Positions 8,470 through 15,536 of a DNA stretch of 15,908 nucleotides are shown one piece after another. Made by a program: the position numbers and the translations under genes. Numbering within the stretch: position 1 is the first letter of the stretch; every line of letters begins with the position of its first letter. Under the pieces are notes generated by a model that saw only the letters and a program-made list of their open reading frames with translations, was not told the DNA's origin and ran no database searches. The stretch is taken from contig JAPDJY010000080.1 in NCBI GenBank assembly GCA_029258835.1, positions 1-15,908 of the forward strand, in the 5' to 3' direction. Source of the DNA: Thermoproteota archaeon (lineage in GTDB: Archaea > Asgardarchaeota > Jordiarchaeia > Jordiarchaeales > Freyrarchaeaceae).

Positions 8470-9102
8470 GTGGGAGCAATGCTGGAAAAGCTTGGATTTA
8501 AATCTGGGTGCATTTACGAGGTGATTATTACTACACTTAATGAGGACGGTACGTTTAACGCGGCCCCTATGGGAGTTGCAATTATAGATCCGGAAACTCT
8601 CACCGTTAAACCCTACACGGACACTAAAACATACCGTAACTTAGCCAGAGAGAAGCAGGCAGTCGTTAACATAGTTGATGATGTTCTTCTTTTTTACATA
8701 ACAGCTATCGAAAAAGAAAAAGTAAAAATGTTACCGTTTAGGAGGGGCAAAGTGGTTTCGGCGCCGGCATTGAGTCAAGCTAAAGCGTATATTGAATGCA
8801 CTGTTAAAGGGAAACCTGTTACTTATAATGGAAGGGCTAGAATACTTTTAAGGGCCGTAAACTACACCGTTCTAGATCCCTGCACTAAACCTATTTGCAG
8901 AGCGCCGAGTCTTATTCTCGAAGCAATAATCCACCTTACGAGGATTTCACCTTTAATCACTGCTGGAAAATTTGACCAAGCATTAAAACTATTAAAACTT
9001 ATAGAATTATACAGAGATACTATTAAGAGAATATGTGGTGACTCAACATACAATAAATTGATAAATGAAATTTATAAGAAAGCAAAGCAGCAATGTCCTT
9101 AA
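8470..9102 (+). CDS. DUF447-family protein (FMN-binding split-barrel-like)
   Basis: Motifs YEVIITT, FNAAPMG, TKTYRNL, VVNIVDD and CRA..LILEAIIHLTR. The start could be GTG 8470 or ATG 8479. Confidence 0.8.
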   Translation: MGAMLEKLGFKSGCIYEVIITTLNEDGTFNAAPMGVAIIDPETLTVKPYTDTKTYRNLAREKQAVVNIVDDVLLFYITAIEKEKVKMLPFRRGKVVSAPALSQAKAYIECTVKGKPVTYNGRARILLRAVNYTVLDPCTKPICRAPSLILEAIIHLTRISPLITAGKFDQALKLLKLIELYRDTIKRICGDSTYNKLINEIYKKAKQQCP

Positions 9103-9228
9103 CGTGAAAGCTAACTTTTTAAATGCAAAAAAGTAAACGTTTCTATGAGCTAGAGCTTGCTGCCAGACGTGGCGAATAAGACGTTGAAAGGAAACTCTTC
9201 ATAAAAAGTGGAAGCGTGGGTGTTTGAA

Positions 9229-10170
9229 TTGGTTAAGATATTTTTTGCTAGTGATATTCATGGATCCGAAAGGTGCTGGGTGAAATTTTTACGTGCAACG
9301 GAATTTTACAACGTAGACGTACTGATAATGGGTGGAGACTTAACAGGCAAACTTATAGTACCTATAATAGAAAGGAATAATGGCAGCTATACGTGCTCCA
9401 TTTTCGGGAAAGACTACGTGCTAAGGAGCAAGAAAGAGATAGAGGAGATGGAGGAAAAAATCAGGTTTAGTGGATATTACCCATACGTGACGACCGAAGC
9501 CGAAGTTGAGGAGCTACAGGCGGACGATAGGAAGGTTGATAAGCTCTTTGACAAGTTAATGGTTGAAAGTGTGAAGCGATGGATGGACATGGCGGAGGAA
9601 AGGGTTAAAGACGACGTCATGATCGTAGTGTCCCCTGGAAACGACGACCGGTTCGTAATAGACGACGTTATAAAGTCTTCAAAGAGAGTCATATACCCGG
9701 AGGAAAGAGTCGTCTACATCGATGAACACCCCATGATAAGTTGCTGCTGGGTTAATCCTACCCCATGGAACTCCCCTAGGGAAACGAGTGAGGAGGAACT
9801 GGAGAAACGCTTGAGAAGGGAATTTGACAGGGTTGGGGATTATGAGAAGCTCATCTGTAACTTCCACGCGCCACCATACAAAAGCGGCTTGGATCTAGCT
9901 CCGAAATTGGATAAGAAGATGCGTGTTAAATATTTCATGGGTAAACCACAGTTTAGCCCGGTGGGCTCTAAGGCTGTTCTGAAAGTTATTAAGGAGTTTG
10001 AGCCCATGCTTGGGTTACATGGACATATACATGAAAGTACTGGAGAGAAACATTTTGGCAGGACCCTATGCATAAATCCCGGGTCAGAGTACGGGGAAGG
10101 CATACTGAAGGGATACATAATTGAGGTGAAAAATGGAGAAGTAAGGAAGCATTGGAAGGTTGAAGGGTAA
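9229..10170 (+). CDS. Icc-related calcineurin-like metallophosphoesterase (probable TTG start at 9229)
   Basis: Motifs SDIHGS, GGDLTG, PGNDD, FHAPPY, LHGHIHE and INPGS. Confidence 0.88.
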   Translation: MVKIFFASDIHGSERCWVKFLRATEFYNVDVLIMGGDLTGKLIVPIIERNNGSYTCSIFGKDYVLRSKKEIEEMEEKIRFSGYYPYVTTEAEVEELQADDRKVDKLFDKLMVESVKRWMDMAEERVKDDVMIVVSPGNDDRFVIDDVIKSSKRVIYPEERVVYIDEHPMISCCWVNPTPWNSPRETSEEELEKRLRREFDRVGDYEKLICNFHAPPYKSGLDLAPKLDKKMRVKYFMGKPQFSPVGSKAVLKVIKEFEPMLGLHGHIHESTGEKHFGRTLCINPGSEYGEGILKGYIIEVKNGEVRKHWKVEG

Positions 10171-10211
10171 AGGCTTCTTTGAATGAGGGGGGTAGGTTAA
10201 GGAAGAACAAA

Positions 10212-10234
10212 TTTTTCATTTTTTCATTTTCATT
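10212..10234 (+). terminator. Oligo-T terminator made of TTTTCA units
   Basis: TTTTTCATTTTTTCATTTTCATT about 40 nt after the phosphoesterase stop. Confidence 0.5.
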
Positions 10235-10236
10235 AA

Positions 10237-10410
10237 GGGGTGGGGCTGGGGGTTCACACTTGATATGTTTTTATGGGTAATGTGTGTTTTGGTTTATCAG
10301 GCGTTTCCCCGTCATCGAGGCATGCGCCTCTGATGGGGCTTTCGGGGGACCCCGGAGCCCACATCCGAAGACTCCACCCATAGGCCACCCCGTGGCCAAA
10401 CCAGCACCCC
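10237..10410 (-). ncRNA. Putative structured ncRNA, resembling the omegaRNA/right end of archaeal TnpB-encoding IS elements (orphan)
   Basis: GC-rich intergenic block with hairpins at 10307-10338, 10336-10360 and 10383-10397, a closing pair 10272-10278/10376-10382, and an imperfect terminal inverted repeat. The minus strand reads GATGTGGG...CCCCCGAAAGCC...GATGACGGGGAA followed by an A/C-rich tail. Confidence 0.5.
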
Positions 10411-10524
10411 AAACACCCACCAAATTTTAACTGCTTCGCAAGGTGTTGGTTGAGGGTTAACGTACAATTCCTTCAGGAGGCGATCCTCTAATTTACGAAG
10501 GGAGTGAAGCTATAAATGGACATC

Positions 10525-10535
10525 AAAATTTATAT
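10525..10535 (+). promoter_or_regulatory. BRE-TATA for the Roadblock gene
   Basis: AAAATTTATAT about 46 nt upstream of ATG 10581. Confidence 0.5.
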
Positions 10536-10580
10536 CATTGAAAATGGAAAGGTAAAAATGGACAAGCGGGGTTCTGAAAG

Positions 10581-11162
10581 ATGGCTCTAGATGAGAAAAC
10601 GGCTAGTAGACTGGTTCGACTACTTCAGCAAATAGAAGATTCCACAAGGCTTGAGGGGGTAGCTTTAATTACCAAAGATGGAATAAGGGTGGCATGTGCC
10701 GAATCCGCTAGCGTCGACGTCGACGTTATATCGACAGCTTCCGCAGCGATAATAAGTACAGGTGAAGCAACCACGGTGCAGCTTGGACATGGAAACCTCT
10801 CTGAAATTATAATCAAGGGAGACTCAGGATACCTGATTATAACTCGTGTTGATGAAAACCACATGTTAGTAGCGTCAAGTAAGGACATTGTACGTTTAGG
10901 GTTAAACCTAGGAGTATTAAAACGCTACGCACACTCTATAGCCGGACTTCTCGCCCAAGTGAAGGTTAGGGCTGCAGCCCCGACACCAGCTACAGTACCC
11001 CGACCAGCCCATCCTTCAACAGGGGTCACAGTTAAGGAGGAGGCTACACCGGTTAGCGATAGAGAAGCGATCTTTGAGGCTCTCAGAGCGCTGGGACTTG
11101 AAGACGCTGTGACCGAAATTAAGTCTCAAGAAAAGAAGTTTGAGAAAGCTGAGAAAGTATGA
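10581..11162 (+). CDS. Roadblock/LC7 (MglB-like) domain protein with a Pro/Thr-rich linker and C-terminal helix
   Basis: Residues ~1-125 fit the roadblock fold (LEGVALITKDG, ISTASAAIISTGE, LGHGNLSEIIIKGDSGYLII, LGL). They are followed by AAAPTPATVPRPAHP and DREAIFEALRALGL. Confidence 0.88.
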   Translation: MALDEKTASRLVRLLQQIEDSTRLEGVALITKDGIRVACAESASVDVDVISTASAAIISTGEATTVQLGHGNLSEIIIKGDSGYLIITRVDENHMLVASSKDIVRLGLNLGVLKRYAHSIAGLLAQVKVRAAAPTPATVPRPAHPSTGVTVKEEATPVSDREAIFEALRALGLEDAVTEIKSQEKKFEKAEKV

Positions 11163-11173
11163 GTTTTCAGATT

Positions 11174-11314
11174 CTAACGGGTGTAAAGAAAGTCTTCAAG
11201 GATACCGCAAATTCCCTTAAAGTTTTTGTTGCACTTAATGCAACAAATTCCCTTTTCGGCGCAGTAGATATTATTTATGCATTCCATGCAACACGGGTTT
11301 TTCCCCAAACTCAT
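11174..11314 (-). CDS. Small cysteine-rich protein (46 aa, 8 Cys), not in the ORF track
   Basis: ATG at 11314, GGGTGA SD at 11321-11326, TAG at 11174-11176. Sequence MSLGKNPCCMECINNIYCAEKGICCIKCNKNFKGICGILEDFLYTR. It starts 22 nt after the UbiA stop and fills the gap to the convergent Roadblock gene. Confidence 0.7.
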   Translation of the reverse strand: MSLGKNPCCMECINNIYCAEKGICCIKCNKNFKGICGILEDFLYTR

Positions 11315-11336
11315 TTTAAATCACCCTTCTTTTTAG

Positions 11337-12404
11337 TTAGGTAACCGTGAAGACGAACCTGACCAAAAACTCATTAAAACAGCATAGGGCGAACATGAAC
11401 ATGAGTATTTTTAGTGCCACCCACATACGGTTCCTAGCAGGATTTATGATTGCCCATATGAAGCTAGCTAGAAAAAAGGCCACACCCATCATCACGTTCA
11501 CGTCTGCCAAAATTATGTCAAACGCGGTGAAAACGCCTAGAATACTTAAAAGCAAACCTACGAGTAGACACGTTCTTTTCCCTAAGGCAACTGATAACGT
11601 TTTTAAGCCAGCAGCCTTATCTGCCTCGTAATCTAGTGTAGCTGTGACCGTATAAAAAGCAGCTCCAAAGAAGTTTACACTTAAAAAAAGCCTGAAAGGA
11701 AACCAGTTTTTCACGGAGAAGTAAATGAGAAAATAGCTGAAGTTGGTTAAAGGAAGAAATATGCTGTAAATTAGTGAGATTATAAGGGATGAACGTGCGG
11801 CTCCTTCGAAAACTTCTTGGTAGACGATGTGGCCGGCAACGAAGGGCAACGATGCGAGACCTAACGTGTTCCAGGTGATGTCTAAGGGAGCCTTAGATTT
11901 TAATCTGGGCTTATAAGAGTAGGTGAAGGAGAGGAAGTGGCCCAGAAGCACCACCATGAAAAGGAGGTACGAAACAGCTAAGCTTACAAGGAGGCTTAGA
12001 ACAGCAGAGAAAACGCTTAAGTTAGCAACCGTTTTTGCTGACGCTCTACCATTAACTATCGGATTGCTGTAGTCTTTACCAAAGTTACACTTATCACTAT
12101 CTTGCGAGTCTGCGTACGTGTTCACGTTGCACCCTGACAATGCCGCTAAGAAGGTAGCTATGTAAGCAGGAATAACGCCTCCACCGAGGATGAAGTTTAA
12201 AACGAGATCTCTCACCAATCGGGAGAAAAACCATAAACCATTAAGGACGGATAGTAGAGGAGAAAGTAGAGACCCCAGCTCTCCCACTATGAGAAGAGCT
12301 ATCGGAAGCGCTGTAAAAGCTGGCCTAGTTAAATTATAAAATACACCAATAGAGTTAGCTAACCTAGACGATGACAACCTCCGCTTCCTCCAATACCCGC
12401 ACAC
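11337..12404 (-). CDS. UbiA-superfamily membrane prenyltransferase
   Basis: Multiple hydrophobic segments, LTRP, first Asp-rich motif NTYADSQDSD, NPI, YSYKPRLK, and second motif LDYEADKAAGLKT. Confidence 0.85.
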   Translation of the reverse strand: MCGYWRKRRLSSSRLANSIGVFYNLTRPAFTALPIALLIVGELGSLLSPLLSVLNGLWFFSRLVRDLVLNFILGGGVIPAYIATFLAALSGCNVNTYADSQDSDKCNFGKDYSNPIVNGRASAKTVANLSVFSAVLSLLVSLAVSYLLFMVVLLGHFLSFTYSYKPRLKSKAPLDITWNTLGLASLPFVAGHIVYQEVFEGAARSSLIISLIYSIFLPLTNFSYFLIYFSVKNWFPFRLFLSVNFFGAAFYTVTATLDYEADKAAGLKTLSVALGKRTCLLVGLLLSILGVFTAFDIILADVNVMMGVAFFLASFIWAIINPARNRMWVALKILMFMFALCCFNEFLVRFVFTVT

Positions 12405-12534
12405 CCAATTCCCTCTTTAATTTCCGCTTATTAGATGAGGTACTTCACTCTTAAAACTAATCCTTTCAGGTAAAGCACCATTTCCCCTCTTCTGAGGGGA
12501 TTCACATTTATTAACTCTTCGTTGAAGGAAAAAA

Positions 12535-12549
12535 GGAAAGGTTTTTATA
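12535..12549 (+). promoter_or_regulatory. BRE-TATA of the ribosomal protein operon
   Basis: GGAAAGGTTTTTATA about 70 nt upstream of the rpl22 ATG. Confidence 0.6.
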
Positions 12550-12619
12550 CACTGCCAGTTTTGGATACTATAAACTTTCCGTTGAAGAAAACCATGCCCC
12601 TCTAGAAGGTGGAGCCAGC

Positions 12620-13090
12620 ATGCCAAAGTTCGGGTATTCCATCTATGGACTCGACCCAGCATTAACTGCCAAGGCTAGCGGGCGAGACCTTAGAATTTCA
12701 CATAAGGCAGCTCGTGAAATATGCAACACAATAAAGGGTATGATGTTATACGAGGCAAAGGAGCTCTTAGAGGAGGTTATAGCCCTTAGACGTCCGATCC
12801 CGTTTAGGAGGCATAAGGGAAAGCAGGCTCATAAACGTGGTCTCCAAGGATGGCATACTGGCCGCTACCCTGTTAAAGCAGCCCGTGCCATAATGAAGAT
12901 ACTAGATAACGTAGAAACTAATGCTGAACAAAAGGGACTTGACGTCGACAGCTTAAGGATAATTCATGCCGCCGCCCAGAAGGGGCCAGTTATGAAGCGT
13001 TACATGCCACGTGCCTTCGGGCGAGCTACACCAAAATTTAGGGTTTTAACTCATGTTGAAATAGTTGTCAAGGAGGAGCCTGTAGAATAG
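12620..13090 (+). CDS. rpl22: 50S ribosomal protein uL22
   Basis: Motifs LRISHK, GRYPVKAA, PRAFGRA and THVEIVV. Confidence 0.96.
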   Translation: MPKFGYSIYGLDPALTAKASGRDLRISHKAAREICNTIKGMMLYEAKELLEEVIALRRPIPFRRHKGKQAHKRGLQGWHTGRYPVKAARAIMKILDNVETNAEQKGLDVDSLRIIHAAAQKGPVMKRYMPRAFGRATPKFRVLTHVEIVVKEEPVE

Positions 13091-13108
13091 TTAAGAGGGA
13101 GAGATTAA

Positions 13109-13756
13109 ATGTCGACCAGGATGCACTTCATTCGAAGCGCGATCCAGCGGGTTGAAATAGACGAGTTCCTCGCTAAGGAGCTTAGGAGGGCAGGGTATGC
13201 TGGAGTTGACATTCAAAAGACAGCCTTAGGGACGAATGTGACGATCTACGCGTCTAGACCAGGGATGGTCATCGGGCGACGGGGACGGAACATACAGCAA
13301 TTAACAGAGATCCTTGAGAAGCAATTTAAGGTTGATAACCCTCAGATAAACGTTCAGGAAGTAAATGCTCCCGAGCTTGACGCACGTGTAATGGCCAATC
13401 GCCTCGCAACAGAGTTGGAGAGAGGCGTCCATTACCGTAGAGCAAGCTACTTCATTCTCAGGAGAATAATGAGCGCGGGAGCGCTTGGATGCGAAATAAT
13501 AGTTAGTGGGAAGCTAACGAGCCAGAGAGCACGTTACCAAAAGTTTAGGCAGGGCGTCCTGGTTAAGTGCGGTGAGCCGTCAAATAAGTTCGTTGATGAA
13601 GCTGTAGCGTATGCGTTGCTTAAGCCGGGTGTAATAGGTGTTAAGGTAAGGATAATGCTGCCTAACGCTGTCATGCCGGACGTGGTCGAGACTAAAGAGG
13701 AGGTTAAAGAGGAAGTTGAGGAGGAGGCAGAGGCTACCGCGGAAACAGAAGAGTAA
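13109..13756 (+). CDS. rps3: 30S ribosomal protein uS3
   Basis: Motifs AGYAG, KH domain PGMVIGRRG, GALGCEIIVSGKL and GVIGVKV, with an acidic tail. Confidence 0.97.
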   Translation: MSTRMHFIRSAIQRVEIDEFLAKELRRAGYAGVDIQKTALGTNVTIYASRPGMVIGRRGRNIQQLTEILEKQFKVDNPQINVQEVNAPELDARVMANRLATELERGVHYRRASYFILRRIMSAGALGCEIIVSGKLTSQRARYQKFRQGVLVKCGEPSNKFVDEAVAYALLKPGVIGVKVRIMLPNAVMPDVVETKEEVKEEVEEEAEATAETEE

Positions 13757-13776
13757 GGATGATTTGAGGTGATACT

Positions 13777-13992
13777 GTGAGCTATAAGATTAGGGAGATA
13801 AGGTCTTGGAGCCTTGAGGAGCTCAAGGAGAAATTAGAGGAGCTTAGGTCTGAACAGTTAAACCAGCGGGTTTTAAAGTCTCTCGGCGGCGCCATAGAAA
13901 ACCCCGCCAGGATAAGGAATACTAGAAGGGCGATCGCTCGGATTTTAACCGTGATAAACGAGAGAAAGAGGAAAGAGAAAGGTGAAGAATAA
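13777..13992 (+). CDS. rpl29: 50S ribosomal protein uL29
   Basis: EIRSWS..EL and ENPARIRNTRRAIARILTVINE, in the expected operon position. Confidence 0.93.
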   Translation: MSYKIREIRSWSLEELKEKLEELRSEQLNQRVLKSLGGAIENPARIRNTRRAIARILTVINERKRKEKGEE

Positions 13993-14380
13993 GAAAAACG
14001 GTAAAAACAGGTTTGTAATACCTGTTAGGGACCTAGTCAGGCACGAACTAATAGGGTTAAATGTTACTGTCGTGGAAAGTCTAAACGACAAATTTATAGG
14101 GTTCTCAGGTGTTTTAATTGATGAGTCACGGAATATGATTACACTGAAATCTGAGAATGGTGCTGTGAGAAAAATACCGAAGGAAGTATGTGTTTTTGAG
14201 TTTGAGTTGCCGCAGGGAGAGAAAGTCAGAGTTGACGGGCGGGCCATAATAGGACGCCCACAGGACCGTTTAAAGATGAAGAAAAGAAAGGTCGTCTGGC
14301 CTCTTAACGTCGAGAAGGCCCTTGCAAAGCTTAAACGTTGCAAAGCTGGTGGCGAGGTGGTGTGCTGCTTTGACCCGTAA
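13982..14380 (+). CDS. rnp1: RNase P protein component 1 (Rpp29/Pop4)
   Basis: Motifs [22 protein letters not shown] and VDG..IIGRP.DRL, in the conserved position before rps17. Confidence 0.9.
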   Translation: MKNKKNGKNRFVIPVRDLVRHELIGLNVTVVESLNDKFIGFSGVLIDESRNMITLKSENGAVRKIPKEVCVFEFELPQGEKVRVDGRAIIGRPQDRLKMKKRKVVWPLNVEKALAKLKRCKAGGEVVCCFDP

Positions 14381-14696
14381 CATAGGTGTTGACGTGAAGC
14401 CTCCAAGGCGGGAATGCGACGATAAATTCTGCCCATTTCATGGGACACTTCCGGTTCGCGGCATGATGTTTGAAGGCGAAGTTGTAAGTGATAAAATGCA
14501 GAGAACCGTCGTAGTTAGACGAGACTACCTGAAGTACAACTCAAAATATAAAAGATACGAAAAGAGGCATTCCAACTTTCACGCTCATAATCCTCCATGC
14601 ATAGATGCGAAAGTGGGTGATAAAGTTAAAATAATGGAGTGCCGTCCTCTAAGCAAGACCGTTTCATTCGTTGTTATCGAAAAAATAGAGGAATGA
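14370..14696 (+). CDS. rps17: 30S ribosomal protein uS17 (TTG start at 14370)
   Basis: [36 protein letters not shown] and [17 protein letters not shown] at 14354-14360. Confidence 0.96.
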   Translation: MTRNIGVDVKPPRRECDDKFCPFHGTLPVRGMMFEGEVVSDKMQRTVVVRRDYLKYNSKYKRYEKRHSNFHAHNPPCIDAKVGDKVKIMECRPLSKTVSFVVIEKIEE

Positions 14697-14707
14697 GGAG
14701 GTAAAGC

Positions 14708-15136
14708 ATGTCTAAAAGAGGACGTGGACCAAAACTACGTGCAGGCATAAAGCCGAGGGTTTCACGCGGGCTGCCAGTAGGCGCCAGAGTTATATGCGCG
14801 GACAATTCCGGTGCCAAAGTCGTCCAGATAATTTCGGTGATAGGATACAAAGGCAGACTTAACAGGTACCCAACGGCTGGCGTAGGCGACATGGTCTCCG
14901 TTTCGGTTAAGGAAGGAACACCTGAAATGCGCCGTCAAGTTCTAAGAGCAGTCGTCGTTAGGCAGAGGAAGCCTTACAGAAGAAAGAACGGAGAGTGGAT
15001 CCAATTTGAAGATAACGCGGTGGCAATAGTCTCTCCAGAGGGAGATCCGAAGGGATCCGAGATACGGGGGCCAATAGCGCGTGAAGCCGCAGAGAGATGG
15101 CCTAGGATAGCGGGGATAGCCAGCATAATAGTTTAA
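14708..15136 (+). CDS. rpl14: 50S ribosomal protein uL14
   Basis: Motifs [18 protein letters not shown] and [15 protein letters not shown]. Confidence 0.97.
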   Translation: MSKRGRGPKLRAGIKPRVSRGLPVGARVICADNSGAKVVQIISVIGYKGRLNRYPTAGVGDMVSVSVKEGTPEMRRQVLRAVVVRQRKPYRRKNGEWIQFEDNAVAIVSPEGDPKGSEIRGPIAREAAERWPRIAGIASIIV

Positions 15137-15157
15137 CGGGTTAGGAAGGGGGTTTTA

Positions 15158-15526
15158 ATGAGGGTTAAGACGGTGAGTCCTAGAAAACAGAGGAGGTATC
15201 TGTATAATGCGCCCCTTCATAGGCGGCGGAAGATGTTTAGTGCGAAGCTGTCTCCAGAGCTTAGGGAAAAGTACGGGGTTAAGTCTCTTCCAGTCCGTGA
15301 GGGAGACGAGGTTCTAATAATGAGGGGGACGTTTAGGGGAACTGAGGGGAAGGTTGTTAAAGTTGACACGAAGAGATATAGGATCCACGTGGAGAACGCG
15401 ACCATAGAGAAGGTTGATGGGACAACGGTTTATTACCCGATTCACCCTTCGAAGGTGATGATAACTAACCTTAAGCTTGATGATCCTCGTAGAAGGGTGG
15501 TTTTGGAAAGGAAGCAATCATCATAG
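15158..15526 (+). CDS. rpl24: 50S ribosomal protein uL24
   Basis: Motifs PRKQR..YNAPLH, KOW motif [12 protein letters not shown] and PIHPSKVMI. Confidence 0.96.
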   Translation: MRVKTVSPRKQRRYLYNAPLHRRRKMFSAKLSPELREKYGVKSLPVREGDEVLIMRGTFRGTEGKVVKVDTKRYRIHVENATIEKVDGTTVYYPIHPSKVMITNLKLDDPRRRVVLERKQSS

Positions 15527-15536
15527 GTGATAGGAA

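Noticed and set aside
10212-10234. TTTTCA repeats as CRISPR or a tandem repeat element
   Set aside because: Only three short units with no spacers. They are explained as an oligo-T terminator.
10300-10400. SECIS, tRNA, 5S rRNA, SRP or RNase P RNA, known riboswitch or hammerhead as identity of the structured element
   Set aside because: No cloverleaf or T-loop, no SRP or RNase P signature sequences, no complete CUGANGA/GAAA core. The GAA lies on the wrong side for an archaeal SECIS, and no adjacent gene has an in-frame UGA.
10516-10590. 24-aa ORF MDIKIYIIENGKVKMDKRGSERWL with a GGAGTGA SD-like element, overlapping the Roadblock start
   Set aside because: It runs across the probable TATA box of the Roadblock gene and has no recognisable family. 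It cannot be supported without conservation data.
11159-11344. 61-aa plus-strand ORF and the 9-bp inverted repeat at 11225-11247
   Set aside because: The ORF is the codon-register antisense shadow of the Cys-rich ORF. The hairpin lies inside that ORF and at most assists Roadblock termination.
14322-14369. Extended rps17 start in the ORF track
   Set aside because: The SD and homology indicate TTG at 14370.
365-15517. Remaining antisense or overlapping ORFs in the track (e.g. 365-676, 776-1123, 1130-1432, 3174-3602, 6529-6795, 9477-10219, 12417-12662, 13945-14448, 14674-14892, 15217-15517)
   Set aside because: They are shadows of well-supported genes on the opposite strand, with no recognisable motifs.
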